Shown in pieces: positions 1-9,400 of a stretch of 42,044 bases of DNA. The position numbers were made by a program, and so were the translations under genes. Source of the DNA: a virus (taxonomy: Duplodnaviria; Caudoviricetes); the IMG/VR virus record IMGVR_UViG_3300030376_001356, positions 1-42,044 of that record. The stretch is one strand, 5' to 3'. The notes below the pieces were generated by a model. It saw nothing but the letters and a program-made list of their open reading frames with translations, made no database searches and had not been told where the DNA came from. The stretch's first letter is position 1; each line of letters begins with the position of its first letter.

Positions 1-7
1 GGAAAAT

Positions 8-211
8 ATGTCGTTTTACTTTCAGTCTATAATGGAAAATACAGTACCCTTCTTACTAGCGTGGGAAGCGTATGTATTCTTTATGCTTTGCTTTTTCTTA
101 AGCATAGTAATAAGACTGCATAGAATCGAATACAAGCTAGACAAATTAGCAGGAGCTAAACCAAGTCACGGCTTTATTCATAAGTTAATTAAATACTGGA
201 GAAGTATATGA
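8..211 (+). CDS. Small hypothetical membrane protein
   Basis: 67-aa ORF with hydrophobic stretch (FLLAWEAYVFFMLCFFLSIVI); ATGA overlap with next gene. Confidence 0.6.
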   Translation: MSFYFQSIMENTVPFLLAWEAYVFFMLCFFLSIVIRLHRIEYKLDKLAGAKPSHGFIHKLIKYWRSI

Positions 212-435
212 AAGTTGTCAAAACAGACAAACTGGTAATAGCACCAGACAAGCACCTTTCACTAGGTGGATTAATCAAGTTATACGAAGATATGATGAAG
301 AGTGGTCGCATCAAGGCAGATAGTGCCGCATCAGTTCGTTTAACTCAATTACGCAAACGAGCACAAAAACGAAGGAAGTGGTTAAATACGCCTTATGCAA
401 AAAGAAAATTTATGCAAGCCCCTCAACAAGTCTGA
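208..435 (+). CDS. Hypothetical basic protein
   Basis: 75-aa ORF with GGAG SD upstream, translationally coupled to previous ORF. Confidence 0.7.
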   Translation: MKVVKTDKLVIAPDKHLSLGGLIKLYEDMMKSGRIKADSAASVRLTQLRKRAQKRRKWLNTPYAKRKFMQAPQQV

Positions 436-856
436 TTTCGAGAAGGTCCTAGAACCAATACATAAAACATATTGGAACAAAGCGTATAAGAAACTTTCAG
501 CTAAAATGTCAAGTTTACGGAGTTCGTTAAAGCGGCGAAGTGAACAATATGATGTTAAGTTTGAAATAAGCTCTCAAGAAATACGAGAGTTATTTATGGA
601 AGCTTATGGAGAGGGGTGTAAGTATTGTGACAAGCAGTTGACATTTAGAACAATCGCTTGTGACCATATAATACCTCTCTCTAAAGAAGGTCCTTCAACA
701 AAGGAGAATCTTCAGCTTATTTGCAGGACCTGCAATACGAGAAAAGGTCCATTGAATGAACAAGACTTCACAGTCTTAATTCAATTAATTGGAGAACTAC
801 CAGATGAACTGAGTAGTTATGTAATGAAGAAACTAGCAAAGGGAGGAAGGTACTAA
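395..856 (+). CDS. HNH endonuclease (zinc-finger type)
   Basis: CKYC...ACDHIIPLSKEG...ENLQLICRTCN motif. Confidence 0.9.
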   Translation: MQKENLCKPLNKSDFEKVLEPIHKTYWNKAYKKLSAKMSSLRSSLKRRSEQYDVKFEISSQEIRELFMEAYGEGCKYCDKQLTFRTIACDHIIPLSKEGPSTKENLQLICRTCNTRKGPLNEQDFTVLIQLIGELPDELSSYVMKKLAKGGRY

Positions 857-1350
857 TGGGCTTAGTTAATGAAAAAATAATAGACCTCATCAAAGCACGG
901 CTAGAAAAAGGACACGAAGAATATAACAGAGATGTTCCTATCAGGCGTGAGCGTAATCTATCAAATATAGATGAAGCTGTTGATGAAGTTTTAGATTTAG
1001 TTGTTTACTTAACAGCTTATACATTAGAATTACAAGCAGACCGTGAAGAGAAGAAACCAAATAAAGCAACAATGGAAGTAAGCGATTTAATGTACATATT
1101 TAAAGGCTTACATTCAATTCACGAAGAAGCTTGGAGAGATAATGCACAAGTTACAGCCAATGAGATACACGACCTTATTTCAAAAATGAAGAAGTCGTGT
1201 AACTGGACACACGAGGACGATAAGAAGATTGGTCAAACAGATAACCCTATCAATAAGGTTATGGACCATAGTCCTCACGACCCGGGAGATGAAAACGATA
1301 GTCCGTTATCAGCTCCTACAAAGTGTATCCCCGGAAGTAACTGCGATTAG
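856..1350 (+). CDS. Hypothetical protein, N-terminus resembling all-alpha NTP pyrophosphohydrolase-like phage proteins
   Basis: KGHEEY...DEAVDEVLDLVVYL acidic helix pattern; GGAGG SD and TAATG coupling. Function is inference only. Confidence 0.5.
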   Translation: MGLVNEKIIDLIKARLEKGHEEYNRDVPIRRERNLSNIDEAVDEVLDLVVYLTAYTLELQADREEKKPNKATMEVSDLMYIFKGLHSIHEEAWRDNAQVTANEIHDLISKMKKSCNWTHEDDKKIGQTDNPINKVMDHSPHDPGDENDSPLSAPTKCIPGSNCD

Positions 1351-1359
1351 AAATAGGTA

Positions 1360-1508
1360 GGGCACCACATTAAGTAATTCTTCTTGAGTTTGTAACCTAA
1401 CGGTTGCTCAAGTGAGCCGACAGAGTAGCAAGAATGGAATTATCCTAGCGATACTGGAAGCGAAAAGAAAAGAGTTTGACAAATGTAAAAGGTTGGCGTC
1501 TGGTGCCC
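1360..1508 (+). ncRNA. Candidate structured non-coding RNA (family unknown)
   Basis: Intergenic; GGGCACCA (1360-1367) pairs with TGGTGCCC (1501-1508); nested TAATTC/GAATTA, TTCTTG/CAAGAA and GTAACC-TAAC-GGTTGC hairpin. Confidence 0.5.
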
Positions 1509-1527
1509 AATCTAGAGAGAGGATAGT

Positions 1528-1740
1528 ATGAAGAGCTTAGAGCAAAAAGCTAGAAAATACTGTGCCAACTATGATATTGGTAAGTGTTTAGGCGTAATGA
1601 TTGAAGTAATAAGGAAAGACGGAAGAGTAGGTATGAGGCAAAGGCTTAATATAAAGAAAGCAGGAAAACCCTGCACTATAGAAGGCGGATGTAAGTACTA
1701 CGATAACTGTGTAATAGGGACAAAAAAAGAGGCACATTAA
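1528..1740 (+). CDS. Small cysteine-rich protein (Cys-rich VLP-domain-like)
   Basis: CANYD..GKCLG...PC...GCKYYDNCV; GAGG SD upstream. Confidence 0.6.
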   Translation: MKSLEQKARKYCANYDIGKCLGVMIEVIRKDGRVGMRQRLNIKKAGKPCTIEGGCKYYDNCVIGTKKEAH

Positions 1741-1754
1741 ACGCCTCTTTTTTT
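1722..1754. terminator. Bidirectional intrinsic terminator between convergent gene blocks
   Basis: AAAAAAAGAGGC-acattaaac-GCCTCTTTTTTT perfect inverted repeat with A and T tracts. Confidence 0.9.
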
Positions 1755-1773
1755 AATTGTCCGTTAACAGGAA

Positions 1774-3252
1774 TCAGTCTTCGTCAAATAAGCCGTATAT
1801 TCCGTAACTTACTGGTAGTCCCATAGCCACACCCGCTGTTGCTCGTCTTAACAAACGCTCTTTTAAATCTGGGTCCATTTTTGTAGTATAATTCTTTGTT
1901 GCATCTTTTGCCATAAAATTTATATCTTCCATCGTCTTTCTATTCTGCTCAGATATAATCTCTCTAGGCTTGAAGTTATTAAATTCTGGGTCCAAATCAT
2001 ATATCTTTTTCTCAGGTTCAGGTATTTTCTTCAAATCGCTTCTACTACCATCTCCCATTTTCTTAGGCTTTCTCTTTAAGAAGTTAATTGCCTTCAATCC
2101 CGGTCTATAGGGTTCGCTTATTATAATAGTATTATCACCTATAGGAGCACCAAATAAATCAAATACATCAGAATTAACAAACTCTGGTCTTACTCTTTTA
2201 GACGTACCAATCTGTTTAAACTCTATTATTGCTCGAGTTCCACCCTTTAAATAGTTACTTTTTCCTTGAGGAGAGTAATCTAATAAGACACTACCACTCT
2301 TAGTCCTACTCATATTAAGACCTTTTTCTTTACCATAAGACATAACATCATCTAAAGTAAAGTACAATCCCTTACCTCCGGGTTTATTTTGTAAATCAAC
2401 CATAAGGTTATGATATACTGGGTCTTTCATCATATCCCAATTAAGAGAATCAGGGTTCGTATTTTTATTCAGAAAAAATTTCGTGTTTTTACCAGAGAAA
2501 GTTCCACTTAATTCATTGTCCCATCTCTTTTTAATAAGATTCATCCTATCTTGACCAACAGTACGAGTTACTTTACCTTCAGTAGCTTCAGATAAGAAAG
2601 GTTTTATATAAGCTTTTAATGGTCCGGGTATAGGTCGACCAGCTTTTTTAAGCATCATATAATCTTTTTCTATGTTATAATGAGCTATTTTCCTAGCGTC
2701 ACTATAATCTTTCATTTCAGGAACCTCTGAATATTTAATTTTGCCTTCTGCACGAGTTCCTTTAAAATTTACTAATTCTTTTTGCCCAGCTTCGTGTGCA
2801 ACTAACCTAGCTCTATTAGCTGTATCAATAGACTCTTGAGTAGCTTTACCTAAACCAGTTACTTTAGTACCTGCACTATCGCCAAGTTTAAAAAACTGAT
2901 TGGTTAAACGACCACCCATACTAACGGCTTCTTTACCAACGGCTAAACCCTGACCCCACTTACCCCATTTACCATAAAATCCCGGCATATTAATGTCAGA
3001 ACCTTGCATAACTTTAGCTGTAGTACTACCACCTTTACGACCATAATACTTATTAATAACCTTACCAGCCTGTTTTGTTAAAGCGGCACCACCAAGTAAA
3101 CTACCACCTAAAACTGCTATATCCTGTATAGTTTCTCTCTCATTTTCTTCAGCATTTATGTATGCTAAACCAGTCGCAGATACTGCACCAGCGGCAAGTT
3201 TCTTAGGCGTAAGTTTCTTAGCGGCAAGTTGGGCTATCTTAGTAGGATTCAT
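1774..3252 (-). CDS. Hypothetical protein, probable internal virion/ejected protein
   Basis: 492 aa, Gly/Ala/Lys-rich, hydrophobic helices at both termini; last gene of the structural operon. Confidence 0.6.
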   Translation of the reverse strand: MNPTKIAQLAAKKLTPKKLAAGAVSATGLAYINAEENERETIQDIAVLGGSLLGGAALTKQAGKVINKYYGRKGGSTTAKVMQGSDINMPGFYGKWGKWGQGLAVGKEAVSMGGRLTNQFFKLGDSAGTKVTGLGKATQESIDTANRARLVAHEAGQKELVNFKGTRAEGKIKYSEVPEMKDYSDARKIAHYNIEKDYMMLKKAGRPIPGPLKAYIKPFLSEATEGKVTRTVGQDRMNLIKKRWDNELSGTFSGKNTKFFLNKNTNPDSLNWDMMKDPVYHNLMVDLQNKPGGKGLYFTLDDVMSYGKEKGLNMSRTKSGSVLLDYSPQGKSNYLKGGTRAIIEFKQIGTSKRVRPEFVNSDVFDLFGAPIGDNTIIISEPYRPGLKAINFLKRKPKKMGDGSRSDLKKIPEPEKKIYDLDPEFNNFKPREIISEQNRKTMEDINFMAKDATKNYTTKMDPDLKERLLRRATAGVAMGLPVSYGIYGLFDED

Positions 3253-3419
3253 CTTCTATTCTCACCACCCTTTTCAGAAGGTAACCAATCCATAGGTTCT
3301 CCAGTATCACCGGTATAGACTTTTTTTCTTTTCTCTTTCTCTTGACAGGATTCACATACCCATCCATCAATATTATCTAAAGGTTTATCGCATTCAGCAC
3401 AGTGATTCGGTATTGGCAT
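3249..3419 (-). CDS. Small zinc-ribbon protein (56 aa, not in ORF track)
   Basis: Manual translation MPIPNHCAECDKPLDNIDGWVCESCQEKEKRKK...ENRR; AGGAG SD; ATGA overlap with next gene; CxxC...CxxC. Confidence 0.8.
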   Translation of the reverse strand: MPIPNHCAECDKPLDNIDGWVCESCQEKEKRKKVYTGDTGEPMDWLPSEKGGENRR

Positions 3420-3429
3420 CTATAACTCC

Positions 3430-6400
3430 TTAATATATTAGTTTTTGCCCTATTCTAGGCGTTTTTTCTTCTTTAATTTTACTGCCCATTTGAAGTACTG
3501 GTAAACCAGTCATCTTAGTAACAGCGTAATATGGATTTTCTATTACACCTCCGGGTCCTACTACATCTCGTATTAATCTACCAAATGGTGCCATAGTCCA
3601 CAAGTAATAATCAGTTAATTGTGAGTAATCATCTGACATCATACCTTTAAAAATAGGCGGTAGTAACCTTAACGCAGGAGGAGTTACAGCCTGTAAGGGA
3701 CCAATAGGAGAGCCATAAAAAGCTCTTTCACGCTCTTTTTCATCTCCCATTAGTAAATCAGCCGTATCTTGCATCCAGTTGTAAGGAGCTGGTAAAGCAT
3801 TTTCAAACAATGAATACATAAATAAATTGGACATTCCAATCATAAACGCATCAGCCATTGCTAGACGCTTAAATGTTTCCATTTCTTGAGTTCCTTCTTG
3901 ATACCCAGCAATCTTCGCTCTCTTTAATACATCGTTTCTGAATCTAACAGAGTTCCAGCTCCATAGCTGGAAACGACTAAACACCCTACCCAGAGTACTA
4001 TTTGTCCATAAAGGTCTGTATGGAGCACTATAAAGGAATTGAGTTCCCTTAACGCCACGCTTTGCCATATTAATAAGGAATGGCGAATTGTAGTCTTTGA
4101 TAGCTCCACCGAATTTATTCTTAGCTTGTATATAATGAGCCATAAACGAATCACGTCTCAATGTTCTTTCAGGAATACGCATAAATGAAGACGCTTTTTC
4201 AAACAAAGGTCTGGTTAATTTATGCTTCTTACCTATCTGCCATAAGCTTTCATCTGATAAGTTAGGGTCTCTTTTTAATTTACTAACAACATCTTTAGTA
4301 AAGTTTTGCATCCTCTGACTTTTTAATTGAGGATTTAACCCTGCTTCGTATACTAAAAATTCTTCAATAACTCCTAATTCTTGCATCCATCGTTCAACAT
4401 CCTTCATACTTTTCCATTCAGGATTTATATTTGTTTTAAGATACTCAAAATCTCTAGCTTTCTTAAGGTTACCATAGCCTGTACTTATCCAAGTATGCAC
4501 AGTACCACCATAAAGGTTTGCTATAGAACTCTTAGGGTGAGCAAGTAGAGAGGCTAATTGCCATTTAGCCTCCAGAGAACCCCATCCTTGTAACTGGGTA
4601 TACTCCATTCCACTCATCTCATCTATTGTAGCTTCGTCAAGATTCATCTTTTCAAGCTCTTTACGACCAACACCTAATCTTTTCCGTATATAATCAATTC
4701 TTTTCTTAGCAGTACTATCAGCTAACCACTTATAAGGAGTACCTTTAATCTTCATATTAGGATTATTCATAACGTGCTCAGGGATATGAGTTGGATAACC
4801 CATAGCACTCTGAGTATAAAGTTTAAAGAAGTTATTCCACTCACTTGCTAACTTTGCATCACCAGTCTGCTTATAAAAAGACTTATTAAAATTGTGCATT
4901 GCAGTCCTTGCTGATACTTGCATTGCTTGTTTAAAGAAAGTGTTAATAGTATTCTTCATATAAGATTCATAAGCTTCAGGATTAATTTCCCAACCACCTA
5001 TATGAGACTCTCTACTGAATTGATTACCAACTCTTTTTAAATCTTTAGTAAGAATGTTCATAGCTTTCTTTTTTCTACCCATAGCTTCATTCTTTATAAC
5101 ATCTAACATAACATCAAAGTTGTCACCCATCTGGTCTTTACTAATAAAATCACCAGTTAAGTTTTTATAAGAATGCCATAGCTTTCTCATATCAGCAGTC
5201 TTTTCTTCTTTAGTTAGGTTAGGGTCATTCTTAACATTCTTCATAGCTAACTGTAATCTCTGGTCAGCTTTCTTTCTATCAAAAGACATATGAGGAAAAT
5301 ATCTTTCAGCTCCTAAGTCACCAGTCTCATCAAACTTACCAATCTGTAAATCTTTTCTTATCTTATTTAATGCTTCCTTAGTACGCAATGAATTAGGAGT
5401 ATGGCTATGTACTATTCTTTTAATAACCTGTCTCATACCATCTATCCCTAATTCTTCCATAGGTATAGTTTCATTCCGTCTTACTGTGTCATTGATATAA
5501 TCGTGAAATTTTCTTCTTAACTTATCTAAACCTTCCCAAGTAACAGAGCCATCCTTCTCTGCAATCTTTAGCCAATTATCAACCTTGACTCTGTCACCAG
5601 TCATCCATTGTCGGGTTTTGATGTTCCACTGGGTAAGAGTGTTATTAATTTTATCAATAACCTGCTCACCTGACATTTGTACTCTACCTTCTTTAGTAGG
5701 TACTATATAAACTTTATCTTTTAATTGATTATAATCACCACGCACATCATTCCAGTTCTTTATATAATCATATTTCTGGAAGTCAGACTTATGTCCATTT
5801 GTTTTATTTTTCTTATCTACAAATGGTATCATACCTCTTTCTCTCTTAGCTACAGCTATTTTAAATAAGATGTCACCATCTTCCAATGCTGTAAGTATAG
5901 GTCTTAAATCATCCTGAAACTCCTGAATAGATTCTTCAGACTTTTGCATAGATAATTCTTGAGTACGAGCTGATAACTGTTGTATCTCTCCCATAACAGA
6001 AGTAGGTCTAATTGTTCTAGCATTTTCTAATGTATTACCTAACCTATCTTTGTATGGACCAACATCCTCTACCCAATCCATCATTGCAGGTTCTCTCATT
6101 AAGTCTCTATTAACTGCTTTAGGAAACATCCAGTAATAAGCTCTTTTAATTCTAGGGCTTTTATCTTTACCAGTCATCCAGTCCATAGTTTTTCTAAACC
6201 AAGTACCATCTCTCATTTCCTGCATATATCTATCTAATGTTTTAAGGTCATATTTAGTAGCTTGATTGATATTTTTCTTAAATAAACCCCTAAATAAGCC
6301 GTTTAAATTGCGTCCATCAAGATTATGATAGTGGTCTAAGTGTTCTTTTATGTTATTTACTATGGTTCTTAGCTCAGGGTCTTTGATTTTACCAGATTTT

Positions 6401-9400
6401 AAGCCTCTAAATGGGGCTATATCGTCCAAATACATTTTTTCTGACTCACTGATACGGTTCATATCAACGAATTGTCCCTCTATTTCACGACCTCTTGAGT
6501 CAAAAAAGCTTGATACATCTTCAGCTTCTTGCTCTTGGCGAATCTTTTTAAAGTCTTTTTCACTAATATCATTCTCAGACTTCTTAATTAGGTCATCATA
6601 ATTCTTAAAGAACTGCTTTAAGTTCTTATCATCAACGGCTTTAGAGCTAATACCAGCTCTAGTTAAAGTAGTATTCTTCATAAACTTATCCATTTCGAAT
6701 ACTTGCTGTTTTAAATTTTCATTTTCACGCATTTTCTCAAGAACTTTTGAGCGTTGTCTATCTCCACGGGTATAAGTGCCCATATAAAGCATATCAAATA
6801 ATTCTTTACCACCGGGAACATCCTTTATACTCTCTTTATATTCCCTAATAACTCTATCAATATTCATTTGGTCTACTTTAGCATCAGCTTTATCATTTAA
6901 ACCAAAAGCTTTACGAGCTTCTTCTGCTAATTTTTGAGTTTCTTTATCTTTATAATCAGTCTGTAATATATCATCTAAACTTTTTCTCTTCTTAGCCATC
7001 TGAAAAGATTTGGATTTTATAGCATCAACTTCAGTATGTATCCCCTTAATAGCATCATCAGACATACCATACTTAGTAATAACATCAGTTACACTTTTCA
7101 TAGTAGCGATGTCACTTAAATCATTAACTAAGAAGTCTTCAGCTTTTAATACTAGATGTTCTAAGTAAGCTCGTCTATAATTAAAGTCACCAGTTCTCAT
7201 AGGTAGGAAATCTCTAGGTATTTTACCAGTTATATATACTTCTTTCCCGCCTTTCTGGTATGTAGAATCAACAAACTTTTGCCATTCAGTTTCATTCTTA
7301 GCAAGAGCTTCTAAACTTTCATCTAAGAATAAACGCCTCTCCATTATCTCTGTAATAAAACGACCCTTCTGACTAGCTAATGTATCTCTACCCATAACCT
7401 CTTTTAACCAATCAAATTCTTGTATCTTTTGTACGTGGTCAGCATATACCTTATCTAATGATTGAGTATTAAGTCTTCTAAATACATTATCAGACCAATT
7501 AATACCTCTCATACTCTCAGCTATTTGAGGAAGGAATGTATTTTTAGCTGACTCTGGTAGGTAAGTAAACTTATTTACACCAGAAGATATTTCTGAATAA
7601 CTCCATCTTCTATTATCCTGATGATTCTTACCATACATTAACCTGTTTAATTCTAAAAATTTACTATGTAAACCGTGCTTCTTTAAGTAATCTGCTTTGC
7701 CTTTGTTGATTCTATTAGTGGTCCAACTATCAAGTTTCTTCTCACCTCTCTTACTTATATTAAACACTTTATAATTAAATAAGGTATCCAGCATTTTAGT
7801 CGTAAAGACTTGGTCTTTTAAACCTGCTTCATCCATAGGGTCAGAGCCTAACGCAATCGCCGCCCTTGACATCTCTCTAAATCTTTGTAATGCTTCATCA
7901 CCTTTCTTAATAGAGAACTCTATTCTCTTTAAATTCCCTTTGTTATCCATAAAAGGAACAGAATATTTACCACCACCCATCTCTATATTGGCTTTTATTC
8001 TTTTACCATCCTTATTTAAAAACTCAACTCCTTCTCTACCAGTAAGAACAATCTCATCCATAACCCACTTTTTGTCAGCTTCTTGACCTCTAATAGCGTT
8101 ATAAGCTCCAATAATGGCAGACCTTGAAGTAACAGCAGTACCAAGAACGTCTCTACCTTTAGATGCACCCTCACTCATAAAGTTTCTCCAGTAAGGACTA
8201 TACTGAGCCATTTGATGTGAGAATTGTTCAGTTAACTTCGGGTCTCTTTCAGCTAATTGTTCTCCATAAGACTTCTTAGCAACTGGGTCCATAGCATCTT
8301 TATTATGTTTTTCTTTACCAGTAGCAGGGTCAACATATTCATCTTTAGCATTATGATACATCTCTCTCCAAGATTTTCTAAATCCAGAGTCTTCACCTCC
8401 AAAGAAAAAGAAAGCTTTATCTCCATCTAAATCGGCTCCTCCTAGAGCTTTCATAGAACGAGGGTGTAGTAAGGCACCAAAGCCTTTTACTCCCGTAAAA
8501 CCAGCAAATTTAAGGTTATGAGCACCACTTATAGAGTCCATTGGAACCCTCATACCTATAGCCTGTAATATATCTGCTACTTTTTCTTTATTATTCTCGT
8601 ATCTACCAGCTTGAAAATCTTCCCACACTTCACCTAACTTACTTCTCTTAGGGTCTATTAAAGAGTCTTTGATAACTAACTCTCTAAACCCTTCATCAAG
8701 AAAGAATATATCGTCTTCTGTATTTAATCTTCGGGTTTCTTTATTTTTCATCTGCATACCTATTTCCCAAGGTCGCATTCTGGCTACTGTACTATTGTCA
8801 ATTTTAGGTCTAGTTAATTTTTGTACTACATAATTACGCATTGCTTGCATACGATAGTCTCTAGAAAACTTGTGTAAATAAACACTATTACTACCTTCTG
8901 GAAATACTCGAGCCATTCTATCTATAACACTTTCAAAGTCTACTGCATTTTCTCTGTGCATTCTAACTTCTTCACGGCTCATTTCACCTTCTTCACCAAG
9001 TGATTCTACAAACTCATTATTAACTTTTAATATTCTTTCATAAAGTTTCTGTGCTAATCTGCCGTTAGATGGGTCTCTAATTAAATCAAACAATCTATTT
9101 ACAGGCATATCGTCAATATTATTAACTATCTTCTTAATATTAGCTTCAGACTTATCACCAAGATACTTCTCTATATTCTCATTAGCTTCAGGAGTACCCC
9201 TAATTGCCCTGTCAGAGAGAGTATCATACATTTCTTTCATAACCTTAGGGTCTACATCTTTAAAGCCATATGCAGACATTACAGAGTACATCTGTTTAGG
9301 TAATGCTTGTTTCTTTAAATACTTTTCAGCAGTTATTTCAGACATAACGGTTCTAAAATGATTAGCTGGAACATCGTAAACATTACCTTCATATTTAATA

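Noticed and set aside
1476-1510. TTGACA as a -35 promoter element
   Set aside because: No acceptable -10 hexamer 16-18 nt downstream
1351-1527. tRNA, tmRNA or hammerhead identity for the structured intergenic region
   Set aside because: No T-loop GTTCRA, no cloverleaf and no CTGANGA core found
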